This document shows, in pieces, positions 1 to 14,362 of a stretch of 64,000 nucleotides of DNA. The stretch comes from Eledone cirrhosa. Its lineage: Eukaryota. Below the pieces are notes generated by a model. It saw only the letters and a list, made by a program, of their open reading frames with translations, was not told where the DNA came from and ran no database searches. The DNA is taken from contig OZ024749.1 of assembly GCA_964016885.1 (NCBI GenBank), positions 37,820,001 to 37,884,000 of the forward strand. Reading direction: 5' to 3'. Each line of letters opens with the position of its first letter. Position 1 is the first letter of the stretch. Both the position numbers and the translations under genes were made by a program.

Positions 1-614
1 TCAGTCATTCAAACAATCAAACAGTATGTTATTGATCACAATCAACGAATCAATCAGTCAACAGCTCATCGATCAATCAATATATTATTTGTCTCAAAAG
101 ATAGTTAATCAATCAGTCAAGCATGTTGAAAGTCATTGAAGCAATCAATGAAACCGTATGATATTGATCTCAGGCAATCAGGTACTCAATCAATATCTAT
201 TTAATTTATCTCAATTGACGAAATATATCAATCAATCAGTATCTTATTGATGTTATTGAACAGTGACGTACTGTTTGACTGTTTCATTTACCAGGTGTAT
301 CCATCAATGGGTTATTTACACCTGTAACACCTAGAGGAGTGAGGCAGGGGAGCGGATGTTGACACTTGCACAATATTGGTCAGTCTCAGTCACACATTTA
401 ATGATAGGTTTCTTCTTTCTCTCTGTATGTATATACACACACACATATATACACACACACACACATATATATATATATGTATACACACACACACATACAC
501 ACACATATATATATATATATATGTCTTATGGTAGCTAAGATGCGTCCATAGGCGGTATGCCGGTTGAGCACTCTATGCTCCTACGGAGCAATATACATAT
601 ATACACACATACAC

Positions 615-682
<68 letters not shown>

Positions 683-685
<3 letters not shown>

Positions 686-865
686 ACAAAGAGGGTGTGG
701 TAAGATACCAGGTGAACCATAATGCACCAAAGTACTCAATACTTAGGGTAGTAGAGTGGGTAATAGGAAAAGCGTCAGGACCTCGACGGCTGAGCTCCGG
801 CCGTTTCGACACCTAGATCCGTTCAGATCAGTTCGGATCTATCTGTCGAGGTTCTGACTCTTTTC

Positions 866-869
<4 letters not shown>
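683..869. mobile_element. Family-A foldback element, diverged copy
   Basis: Same tail (gtggtaag..accaaagtactcaatacttagggtagtagagtgggtaatagg), hammerhead stem III half and short inverted arm, inside (TA)n. Confidence 0.7.
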
Positions 870-937
<68 letters not shown>

Positions 938-942
<5 letters not shown>

Positions 943-1048
943 TAACAGATTAAAGTTTAAGCAAAGAATCGCTGCTTTCACCCTTAACGGGATTTTCTGA
1001 AACTAAAAAATCAATCTTTGAACGCAGAAGTAAATATTTCAAAAAACG

Positions 1049-1050
<2 letters not shown>
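938..1050 (-). mobile_element. Family-E element with decayed hammerhead (second copy at 31185-31265)
   Basis: Minus strand 954-1004 reads AGUUU CaGAAaA UCCC..GGGU GAAA GCAG..UUGC UU AAACU. The paralog near 31208-31258 has CcGAAGA. Confidence 0.5.
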
Positions 1051-1084
<34 letters not shown>

Positions 1085-1444
1085 ATACTCTTTAATACTT
1101 ATTAGTTCAGTTAAGTTCCAGTTGTGACACCTTTATATAAACACAAATTATTAATTGCAACTATTTGCTGGTTGACAGGTCGATTTCACGGTGGGAATCT
1201 ATAAAAAAAAGACATGGTACGAACTTTTAACAGGTTTATGGCCTAATTATCAAGTCTTTAATCATTGTTTGTGAAACTAAAGACTGCCAGATTGGTACAA
1301 CGATATGATGGGTGGATGGGGGGCTTAACGACTGTGGAAATCGTTGGGCTGCCATGTTGTGCATTTTAAATCTGGCAGAGCCCATCTCTTCCCGGGCCTG
1401 AATATAGGGATTTCTTCCAGAGAAATATTGAAAGATAGTACTGA

Positions 1445-1601
1445 GAATCTCCAGTACTGAATTCGTAGTTTATTTATCGATCCCGAAAGTATGGTTGGCA
1501 AACCTGATCGCGACGTGAATTGAACGTAGAGTCTAGTGACCCGGAATGGATAACACAAAGAATTCTATCGGGTGTTCTAACAACTCTGCCACGTCGCCGC
1601 C
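1445..1601 (-). mobile_element. Old SINE copy (same family)
   Basis: Degenerate body tttatcgatcccgaaagtatg and head ctctgccacgtcgccgcc. Confidence 0.55.
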
Positions 1602-1716
1602 TTCAACTAGATAAATAAATATATATCTTCCTAAATGTTTCTTGGCAATTCTCATTAGAGAGATAGAGAGATAGTGAGATAGAGTCTGTATATGTATGTG
1701 TGTGAGTGTGTGTAAT

Positions 1717-1773
<57 letters not shown>

Positions 1774-1780
1774 GATAGAT

Positions 1781-1823
<43 letters not shown>

Positions 1824-2504
1824 GTGTGTGAGTGTGTGATAGAGAGAGAGACTGAGAGAGAGAGAGATTGTGTGTGTGAGAGAGCGAGAGAAAGACGAGA
1901 GATAGACATTGTATATGTATATGTGTGTGTGTGTGAGAGAGAGGGAGAGAGATAGACTGATAGATAGGAACTGAGTGAGTATGTGTGTGAGAAAGTGAGA
2001 TAGGGAGAGTATGTGTGTGTGTTAGTGACTGTGTGTGTACGTGAGAGATAAAGAGACAGAGAAATTGTGTGTTGTGTGTATGAGATACATAGATAGAGAG
2101 AGAGAGTATGTGTGTATGTGTGTGTGTCTGTCTGTGTGTGAGTGTGTGTGTGTGTGTGTGAGTGTGTGTGTGTGTATGTGTGTGAGAATATGCATGTGTG
2201 TGTCTGGAAGCCGATCGAATATAAGGTTTCATCAAAGAAGACTTCAGAGAAAAGAGAGAGAGAGGGTGGCAGAACTAGGCATGGGGGAGGGGGAGCAGAC
2301 AAGGTGAGGGGTGAGTATGTGGAGGGAGGGATGTGAGGGGTGAGGATGAGGAGGAGTGGAGGTGAGGGGTGAGGATGATGAAGATAATGAGGAGAAGTAA
2401 GAGGGGGGGTGTCATAGTGAATTTCCACATGCAACCTATTCTTTCTAGTCTATCGTTTCTTGTACAAACATCATCAAACCACAGGAAAAAAATGTTCAGG
2501 AATT

Positions 2505-2538
<34 letters not shown>

Positions 2539-2544
2539 TTTACT

Positions 2545-2587
2545 ATTATTATTGTTGTTGTTGTTGTTGTTGGTGGTGGTGTTGTCC

Positions 2588-2619
<32 letters not shown>

Positions 2620-2758
2620 GGTGGTGGTGTTGGTGTTGGTGGTGTTGTCCTTGTTGTTGTTGTTGGTGGTGGTGTTGTCTTTGTTGTTGTTGGTGGTGAT
2701 GTTGTCTTTGTTGTTGTTGTTGTTGGTGGTGGTGGTGATGTTGTCTTTGTTGTTGTTG

Positions 2759-2790
<32 letters not shown>

Positions 2791-2818
2791 GGTGGTGGTG
2801 GTGGTGGTGGTGGTGTCC

Positions 2819-2853
<35 letters not shown>

Positions 2854-3289
2854 GGTGGTGTTGGTGGCGGTGGTGTTGTCCTTGTTGTTGTTGTTGTTGT
2901 TGGTGGTGGTGTTGTCCTTGTTGTTGTTGTCGTTGGTGGTGGTGGTGGTGTTGTCCTTGTTGTTGTTGTTGTTGGTGGTCGTGGTGTTGTCCTTGTTGTT
3001 GTTGTTGTTGTTGTTGGTGGTGGTGGTGTTGTCCTTGTTGTTGTTGTTGGTGGTGGTGGTGGTGGTGGTGTTGTCTTTGTTGTTGTTGTTGTTGTTGTTG
3101 GTCGTGGTGGTGGTGGTGGCATTGGTGGTGTTGTTGTTGTTGTTTTATTTGTTGTTGTAGTTGTTGTTGGTGGTGGTGTTGTTGTCCTTGTTGCTGTTGT
3201 TGTTGGTGATGGTGGTGGTGGTGGTGGTGTTGTTGTCCTTGTTGTTCTTGTTGTTGTTGGTGTTGGTGGAGGTGGTGGCGTTGGTGGTG

Positions 3290-3321
<32 letters not shown>

Positions 3322-3388
3322 GGTGGTGGTGGCGGAGTTGGTGGTGTTGTTCTTGTTGTTGTTTTATTTGTTGTTGTAGTTGTTGTTT
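2545..3388. repeat. Compound (GTT)n/(GGT)n minisatellite
   Basis: Direct inspection. Recurrent gtgttgtccttgttg unit. Confidence 0.9.
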
Positions 3389-3457
3389 TCGCAAGTTTCG
3401 AAACGAAAATATTGGTTTGTGTTAAGAATGAAACCAATATATACATATATTTATATA

Positions 3458-3624
3458 TAGGAACCACCAGTAAGACCCCGACAGCTGAGCTCAAGCCGTT
3501 TCGACCCGGCTTGAGCTCAGCTGTCGGGGTCTTACTGGTTCCTATTACCCACTCTACTACCTCAAGTATTGAGTACTTTGGTGCGTTATGGTCCACCTGG
3601 TTCCTTACCACACTTCCTTCGTTA
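3458..3624. mobile_element. Family-A foldback element
   Basis: Palindrome taggaacc..gaccccgacagctgagctcaagccg/cggcttgagctcagctgtcggggtc..gttccta plus tail, inside (TA)n. Confidence 0.75.
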
Positions 3625-3647
3625 TATTTATATATATATATATATAA

Positions 3648-3790
3648 TGAAAAATTGAACGGGAACAAAACAGAGAGGCAGTACAAACAAATGTTTATTA
3701 ATTTCACGCTCTTGGGAGTGGGGTGGTGGTGGGGAACGACGTTTCGGGCATAAGCCCTTCTTCAGGTGAAAAGTGTGTGGGAAGAGAGTT
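3648..3790 (-). mobile_element. Penelope-like 3'-end fragment with minimal hammerhead core
   Basis: Minus strand reads UUUCAC CUGAAGA A GGGC-UUAU-GCCC GAAAC GUC ..30 nt.. GUGAAA, then AAUAAA. This is the minimal core typical of PLE pLTRs. Confidence 0.6.
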
Positions 3791-3803
3791 ATATATATAT
3801 ATA

Positions 3804-3838
<35 letters not shown>

Positions 3839-3843
<5 letters not shown>

Positions 3844-4261
3844 GAGTTAAACAAGATTCAATGAGTAAATCAAAGAATCAGTTTTACAGTAGATTGGAAG
3901 CACTCTACAAGGAAAAATATTTTCCAGAGTTATTAATATTAAGATACAAATATTAATAAAATAGATGTTCTTGTGATCAATTAAATTTTAATATACATAT
4001 TTCAAGGTACTTGAATCAAGTTCAACAGTACGTCCTCATCAGATAAAATAAAATGATACATGACATACCCTGAGATGTTAGATGGTTAAGATGTAATGAA
4101 GGTAGTGATTAAATCTTAACCATCTACCATGTCAGGGTATGTCATGTATCATTTTAATTTATCTGATGAGGACGTACTGTTGAACTTGATTCAAGTACTT
4201 CTGAAATATTTATAATAAAATATAATTGATCACAAGAATATCCATTTTGTTAATATTTGAA

Positions 4262-4268
<7 letters not shown>
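3839..4268. mobile_element. Family-C foldback element
   Basis: Tail about 3839-3930, inverted arms about 3933-4091 and 4112-4268, inside (TA)n. Confidence 0.7.
4157..4220 (+). ncRNA. Type-I hammerhead ribozyme motif (family C)
   Basis: Reads UUUAU CUGAUGA (4163-69) GGACGUAC..UUGAA/UUCAA..GUAC GAAA (4203-06) UAUUUAUA^ AUAAA. A mirror core lies on the minus strand at about 3986-4048. Confidence 0.65.
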
Positions 4269-4329
<61 letters not shown>

Positions 4330-4476
4330 TATATGTATATATATATATATATGTATGTATCTATGTATGTATGTACATATATTTATATTATATATATATA
4401 CATATGTAACTACATATACATATATAGATATAATATATTTATATATATATATGTATATATATAGAGAATATATATG

Positions 4477-4509
<33 letters not shown>

Positions 4510-4585
4510 GTATAGTAAATTAAAATAAAATAAAAGGCAGGATGCTAGTTGAGGTGTTTGTCGTGGTGTTTGTGGTGGTTGTGGG

Positions 4586-4620
<35 letters not shown>

Positions 4621-4970
4621 GTCGTGGTGGTGGTGATGTTGTACTAGTCTGTGGTGGTGGTGGTGATGGTGGTGGTGGTGATGGTGATTGTTTATGGTTG
4701 TCATGATGGTGCTGGTATTCATGGTGGTAGTATTGGTAGTGGTGTTGATGTTGGCGTTGGTAGTGCTACTACGTCTTGATAAAGATGTGTTTGCTACAAG
4801 AAGAAGAAAGGACGGTGTGGTGGAGGTGGAGGTGGAGGTGGTTGTGGAGGTGTTGGTGGTGGCGGAGGTTGTGATGGTGATGGTTGTTGTGGTGCTGGTG
4901 TAGATGCTGTAGGTGGTGGAGATTTCTTCTGCTTGCTGCTGAGCCAATTAAATGTAAATGTAGTATAACA

Positions 4971-5095
<125 letters not shown>

Positions 5096-5431
5096 GGGGT
5101 GTGTGTGTGTGCGTATGTGTGTGTGTGTGTGTGGATGCATGAATATGTGTATGTGTATGTATGGATGTGTGTATATGTGTGTGTGTATATGGATGTATGG
5201 ATGTGTGTTATATGTGTGTGTAACCCAACACATCTGCTCAGTTGTAATAATTGAGTGTATACCCGTGGTGGATAGCCGCAGATATAAGATACTGTTTGAT
5301 AAAGTCTTAGTATTTATTTGTTTACTTACAACAGAGACAAGCAGACGAGATTAAAACAACAATATTTATCGTTTCTCTTGTTAACTATCATTGGATAACT
5401 TCATACTCTTGTCGAAGTTATTGTTTCCCAT

Positions 5432-5485
<54 letters not shown>

Positions 5486-5554
5486 CAGTAGCAGCAGTAA
5501 CAGTAGCAGTAGTAGTAGTAGTAGCAGACCAGCAGCAGTAGTAGTAGTAGCAGC

Positions 5555-5625
<71 letters not shown>

Positions 5626-5974
5626 CAGTAGTAGTAGCAGCACCAGCAGCAGCAGCAGTAATAGTAGTAGTAGTAATAGTAGTAGTAGTAGTAGGAAGTA
5701 GTGTTGATATTCCCAGCGATGTTTGCAATATCGTACATCCGCCATATTTAATTGACAAGATGGCGCCCCTACAAATCCACTAAGAGTCACTTATATAAAT
5801 TTATTTTAGAAGTTTGGGCTGTTGTGGAAGTTATTTTACCAGAATTATACCTGATCGAAGAGGCCTTTTATAACCAAAGACAGTGCAACAGTAAATATCA
5901 CCTATATCAGTTTTGGTATTTCAGTCAGTCACAATGAACCACGTATAACATTATTCAATGTATCTCTTTTAAAA

Positions 5975-6110
5975 ACATTTCTACAGGTGAGTAAACAGAA
6001 GCAACATGAAATAAAATGCCTTCCTCAAGGACACAAAGTACCACCAGGTCCGAGAATCGAACACAGCCTCACGATTATAAGCCCAACATCTCTAACCACT
6101 AAGCTTCACA
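5975..6110 (-). mobile_element. Second tRNA-derived SINE family
   Basis: Minus strand has gtgtgaagcttagtggttagag (A box), gttcgattc (B box) and tgtgtccttgaggaaggcatttt. Relatives lie at 30447-30550, 34145-34330, 34495-34780 and 46190-46227. Confidence 0.65.
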
Positions 6111-6403
6111 CACATTCACACACACATATACATATATGCATATATATATATATAAGTATGTACATATATCCATACGTACATATATATATATATATATGTG
6201 TGCATGTATGTATATATATACACATACTACTGTACGTCTGTATACATATATGTATGTACGTATACATACTTATATTTAAGTAACAGCCGTACTAAGAGTG
6301 AGAAATGAAATTTCGTTTCATTTTTCCATATATATATATATGTGTGCGTATATATATATATGTATATATGAATATATATATATTGTGCGTATATTTATAT
6401 ATA

Positions 6404-6484
<81 letters not shown>

Positions 6485-6497
6485 AATATAATATATA

Positions 6498-6545
<48 letters not shown>

Positions 6546-6547
<2 letters not shown>

Positions 6548-6765
6548 CGAAGGAAATGTGGTAAGGAACCAGGTGGACCATAACGCACCAAAGTACTCAA
6601 TACTTCGAGTAGTAGAGTGGGTAATAGGAACGAGTAGGACCCCGACGGCTGAGCTCAAGCCGTTTCAACGGCTAATTCTGGACTAAAATTTTTTAGTCCA
6701 GAATTTTGTAGTCCAGAATTAGCCGTCGAAACGGCTTGAGCTCAGCCGTCGGGGTCCTACTCGTT

Positions 6766-6768
<3 letters not shown>
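6546..6768. mobile_element. Family-A foldback element
   Basis: Tail plus inverted arms folded within hammerhead stem II. The spacer duplicates agtccagaatt. Confidence 0.75.
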
Positions 6769-6826
<58 letters not shown>

Positions 6827-7126
6827 GATATATATGTATATATATATATATATGCATATATATATAAGTTCAGTATATTTAATACCACCTCTCTCTCGCT
6901 CTCTCTCTCTCTCTGTTACCACACACATACACGTTGCCACATGTATTGTACCCACATTGAGAAAGAGAGTGATATAGAGAGATAGTGAGAGTGTGTGTGT
7001 ACGTGCGTGAGAGAGAGAGAGGAATGGGGGAGGAGTATATATTCCGTATTGGCATTCCATTCTAATTAATCCCGTCTAATGTTTTACATCAAACAGTCAT
7101 AATACAGGACAACTTCTGTGCATGTG

Positions 7127-7163
<37 letters not shown>

Positions 7164-7165
7164 AC

Positions 7166-7199
<34 letters not shown>

Positions 7200-7276
7200 T
7201 TGTGTGTAAATATATGTATTTATATATATACGTACCTATATATATGGGTGTGTGTGTGTGTGTGTGTGTGTGTATA

Positions 7277-7326
<50 letters not shown>

Positions 7327-7429
7327 AATATTTATATTTATATATAAATATATAAATATATTAATATATATATAAATATATTTATATATATATATAAATA
7401 TTTATATTTATATATATATAAATATATAT

Positions 7430-7498
<69 letters not shown>

Positions 7499-7704
7499 TA
7501 TATATACACACATATATATATATATGTGTGTGTGTGTATATATTTATATATATATAAATATAAATATTTATATATATATATATAAATATATATATATATA
7601 TGGATATTTGCGTGTACAAATGAAATAATGTTTAACATGCTTTGACAATTTTGTCGTCTAATTATGTGCAATATCCGAAACTTTGTATATATATATTTAT
7701 CTAT

Positions 7705-9480
7705 CTATACATACATACATACATACATACATACATACATACATACATACATACATACATGCATGCATATATGCATACATACATACATACATACATACAT
7801 ACATACATACATACATACATACATACATACATACATGCATGCATATATGCATACATACATACCTAGACACATACATGCATGCATATATGCATACCTACAT
7901 ACATGCATACATACATGCAAACATACATACATACATACATACATACATACATGCACACATACATTCATACATACATACATACATACACATGTATACATAC
8001 ATATGCACATACATACATATGTACAGATACATACATACATACATACATACATACATACATACATACATACATACACACACACATCACAACGCGCCTGTTC
8101 AGCAAAATACATAAATGCAAACAAAACGGTGATTATATAGAGAATGTCGTGTGGGTTAGCCACGGCTGGCCTGGGGTAGTGGTAGGGTATATCCGAAGAC
8201 TGATCACGTGTGACGACTCCCTTAAACAACCAACTACCTCTAGGCGTCCAACTGTCTGCTCAGGGTTTCGCTTCGTCTGAGATCTCCATTCTTACTGACA
8301 CACATTGTTAGTTTTATTGGTTGTATACGCACACAAGCACGAACACACACACACATACACACACATATACACACACACACAAATACACACACATACATAC
8401 ACCAACATACACACACAAACACAAACACAAACACACACATACACACACATACATACACACAAATACATACACACAAATACACACACATACATACACCAAC
8501 ATACACACACACAAACACAAACACACACACATACACACACACAAATACACACAAATACATACACCAACATACACACACAAACCCACACACATACACACAC
8601 ACAAATACACACACATACATACACCAACATACACACACAAACCCACACACATACACACACATACATACACACAAATACACACACATACATACACCAACAT
8701 ATACACACACAAACACAAACACACACATACACACACATACACACACACAAATACACACACATACATACACCAACATACACACACAAACACCCACACATAC
8801 ACACACATACATAGACACAGGAACAACCACACACATGCACCAACATACACACACACACAAACACAAACACACACATACACACACACACACATACATACAC
8901 ACACATACACACACAAACATACACCAACATACACACACACAAACACACACATACACCAACATACACGCACACAAAACTCAAACAACCTCATACACCAACA
9001 TACACCCACACACATATAGATATATACACATATGCACCCCCACACACACTTACACACAGACATTCACACACACACACATGCTTACACACACTTATACACA
9101 CAAATACACCAACATACACACACACACACAGACATATATACACACATAAATGCGCCCCAACACACACTTACACACACACACACACATACACTCACACATA
9201 CTCACACATACACACACATATACTCACACATACTCACACATACACACACATATACTCACACATACACATATGCACACGAACATCCACACAGATAAATACA
9301 GATGCCCATACACATACACACAAATATACACACACACATACACATAAGTACACACACATCACTGATACACTCATATACACACACACATGCTCACACAAAC
9401 ACACACATTTCTACATGTACAAATGCAAATACACACACATGGGATACATGTACAAACACACACACACACACAGACCCGCA
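7705..9480. repeat. (TACA)n and CA-rich minisatellite blocks
   Basis: Direct inspection. Interrupted by a unique island at 8085-8330. Confidence 0.85.
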
Positions 9481-9832
9481 TGTGAACATCTAAGTACACG
9501 GTCCCTCACGTACACACACATATACATACGGACAAATGCTCGCACACCTACAGAATCTCACGCGTGCACGCATACATACACACATATACACTATCACTCA
9601 TACGCAATGTCGCACGTGAGTCCACACATATACACACACCTGCATTGATGTGCAGACACGTACACGTTCATTTTACTTGCATACATACACATCTCTGTGA
9701 GAAAGTGTGTTTGTGTGCGTGTGTGCGCGTGTGTTGATGTGTGTGTGTGTTGTGTTTGTGCATGTGTGTGTGTGTTTTGTGAAAACAAATGATGCTTCTG
9801 CAATTATGATATTGACATCTGTGCATATGACA

Positions 9833-9874
<42 letters not shown>

Positions 9875-9930
9875 TCACATATATATATACATATGTACAC
9901 TCATATATATATACATATATCTATATGTGC

Positions 9931-9982
<52 letters not shown>

Positions 9983-10035
9983 GCACATATAGATATATGT
10001 ATATATATATATGAGTGTACATATGTATATATATA

Positions 10036-10081
<46 letters not shown>

Positions 10082-10142
10082 TGTGTGTGTGTGTGTGTAT
10101 GACTACACGTCTGTATGTATATATGTATATTTGTATATATAA

Positions 10143-10173
<31 letters not shown>

Positions 10174-10371
10174 GGCGATGTTTATACAATGTTAATCATG
10201 CATAATTAATTCCATGTAATTATTTGTGTTAATTGATTATCGAACATTGGTCAAGCGACAAACACTCCACCCCTTCGGCCATCGTTGCTATCTTATCACG
10301 TTGCTACTGCTTCTATTGCTGCTATCTATAGATATCTTACTGATTGGTGTTTTATATCTATACACCACAAA

Positions 10372-11268
10372 ATAACTGTTTCTACTTTAGGCACAAGGCC
10401 AGCAATTACCCAGTACATTACTGGTACTTTATTTTATCGACCCCGTAAAGGATGAAAGGCAAAGTTAACCTCGGCGGGATTTGATCTCAGACTGTAAAGG
10501 GACGTAACTATGCTAGAAAGCATGGCGTCCAACGCTCTACCGATACTGCCAATTCACTGCCCTCAAAATAATGGTTTCTTATATAGGCACAAGGCCAGTA
10601 ATTTGGGGAGAGGGGAAAGTCGATTAAATCGACCCCAGTGTGTGACTGGTACTTTATTTTATCGACCCCATAAGGATGAAAGGCAAAGTTAACCTCGGCG
10701 GGATTTGAACTCAGACTGTAAAGGGACGTAACTATGCTAGAAAGCATGGCGTCCAACCCTCTACCGATACTGCCAATTCACCACAAAATAATAGAAAATA
10801 TTTATTCGACCTTTCAGGGATTTGAACTGAGAACGTAAAGAGACGCAACTAAATAACTGTTTCTACTTTAGGCACAAGGCCAGCAATTCGAAGGGGAAAG
10901 GAATGTTGATTAAATTGACACCAATGCATTACTGGTTCTTTATTTTATCGACACCGTAAGGATGAGAGGCAAAGCTAACCTCGGTGGGATTTGAATTCAG
11001 AACGTAAAGGGGCATAACTGTATGCCGTGAACCATGTTGTTCGACGTTCTACTGACACTGCTAATCCAATCGCAACTAAATACCTGTTTCTACTTTTGGC
11101 CCACAAGGCCAGCAATTACCCCAATGCGTTACTGGTACTTTATTTCATCGACCCCGTAAGGATGAAAGGCAAAGTCAACCTCGGCGGGATTTGAACTGAG
11201 AACGTAAAGGGCCGTAATTGAATGCCGGGAAGCATGTTGTCCGACGCTCTACCGATACTGCTAATCCA
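10372..11268 (-). mobile_element. Tandem array of about 5 tRNA-derived SINE copies (octopus OK/OR-like)
   Basis: Repeated A-box (tggcagtatcggtag), B-box (gagttcaaatcc) and conserved body aggttaactttgcctttcatccttacggggtcgataaaataaagtacc on the minus strand. Confidence 0.85.
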
Positions 11269-11304
11269 AACGCACCTAAATAACATAAACACGTTTGTTG
11301 TGCG

Positions 11305-11470
11305 TTTTACCATTTTTACCAGCGGCGAATTCGCAGAGTTGTTAAAGAGTAACATAGAATGATTTGGGGTATTCGTTCTAGTTCTCTCAGTTGAAATCCC
11401 ATCGAGGTCAACTTTGCCTTTCATCCTTCTAAGATCCATAAAATGTTATCAGTCAAGTACTGAAGTCGAT
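11305..11470 (+). mobile_element. Degenerate SINE copy
   Basis: Contains gaggtcaactttgcctttcatcctt. Confidence 0.65.
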
Positions 11471-11702
11471 TTTTCTTTTATATCTCTCTTTCATCCTGAG
11501 AAAGAAATTGCCTGTACTCAGACCTGGAGAGGGGGGATGGATTCCGCCAGTTTCCAAGTGCAACCCCATATAATATATATATGTTGATCTTTTCTTCTTT
11601 AAAAAATAACTTCACGCACAGACATTGGACGATAGAATTAATTAATAATTATTAATAATGTTATATCGTGCAATGGCCATACTCGATAACGTGTGGGCAG
11701 CT

Positions 11703-11755
<53 letters not shown>

Positions 11756-11921
11756 GTAGGGGATGAGTTTTATTGTAGTACAATAAAGCAATGCAGATAT
11801 AGGATAAGAAGCACTCTACAGTTTGTAGGACTGGAGTATACATAATATATAAGATCAAAAGATGGTTAAAAGAGTTCCATGTATTTTATTATGCTCATTT
11901 CAATGTTAACCATCTTTTGAT

Positions 11922-11926
<5 letters not shown>
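11756..11926. mobile_element. Family-B foldback element, short copy in opposite orientation
   Basis: Reverse complement of the 45980-46127 tail and arm. Folds back just inside the hammerhead GAAA. Confidence 0.7.
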
Positions 11927-11952
<26 letters not shown>

Positions 11953-11955
<3 letters not shown>

Positions 11956-12645
11956 GTAAAAATAACGGAGCAAAGAACTCGCGTATAATCGTGTAATTAA
12001 ATGAGCTCAAAGGAAAGAGTTTTCCTGGGGACTTTAAAATACAATATATAGAGGGGAAAGACACAGAAGAGTGTGTTTTTCTTTACAGGAAGTTCAAACC
12101 ACCAGCGTGAAGAGAAAGTAAGCTACTAGCTATGTATTGTATTTTAAAGTGCCCAGGAAAAGTCATTCCTTTGAGCTCATTTAATTACAGGATTATACGC
12201 GAGTCCTTTGCTCCGTTATTTTTACTTGATATTTGCTCCTTGCGCTCTCTCTGCTGTTGAGCACCATAAATTGAATAGTATAGGCTGCCATTTCTAGCAG
12301 CTTGTTCTGTTCATGTCTCCGGTTACTGCCCCGCGCACGCATTTCTCTTATGTCTACACGTGCGAGGGATAGTTTACTTTAGTTCTATCTAGTAGTGCGG
12401 ACAATATCGGCCTTCAACATGGTGATTGATGACCCATCGGGCCGTATTGGAACCCACTAAAATGGCGAAACATGCTCCTGGTGAGTGTGTACATGTGTGA
12501 TTTAGGTGAGGCTGGTTTCTCATTTCCATTTATACTTTTAATTTTAATGTTTTTCCTATGGCTCTATTAGCTTATATTCTCTTCACGCTGGTGGCTAGAA
12601 ATTCCTGTAAAGAAAAACACACGCTTCTGTGTCTTTCCCCTCTAT
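11953..12645. mobile_element. Rearranged TA-inserted element with nested inversions
   Basis: 11955-12045 is inverted relative to 12133-12228, and 12046-12125 is inverted relative to the terminus 12568-12647. A hammerhead-like UUGAUGA..GAAA lies at 12426-12470. Confidence 0.55.
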
Positions 12646-12653
12646 ATATTGTA

Positions 12654-12718
<65 letters not shown>

Positions 12719-12771
12719 TATATGTATATATATATAATATATAGAGGGGAAAGAGACAGAAGCGTGTGTTT

Positions 12772-12847
<76 letters not shown>

Positions 12848-13082
12848 CTTATTCGCGTGGCAGTCATCAACCAACCAGATTATTATTTTTTAAAACCTAG
12901 CAATTCGAGCCACTTTTTTCCACATAAAACAGAAGTAAAATTCGAACAGCAACCAGATGCGAGAAAAACTACAAACCCTCCATCTCAATTCTTCTTTTGA
13001 AAAGCATAAGAACTGTGAAACGTGTAAAGGAAACAAATAAATATTCTTAAAAACACTCCAGTTGCATTTTTAGATTTCTTTT

Positions 13083-14362
<1,280 letters not shown>

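Noticed and set aside
295-362. VSINGLFTPVTPRGVRQG, resembling a LINE RT GVRQG motif or a terminal exon
   Set aside because: It is too short, with no following PLSP motif or other RT motifs, so it cannot be supported.
3412-3753. Recurrent peptide [19 protein letters not shown] / [17 protein letters not shown] in several ORFs
   Set aside because: It is the family-A tail read in either direction. The sequence is non-coding and both strands are equally open.
10372-11268. CRISPR-like or tRNA gene array
   Set aside because: The units are 190-220 bp SINEs with degenerate tRNA heads. There are no unique spacers, cas genes or complete cloverleafs.
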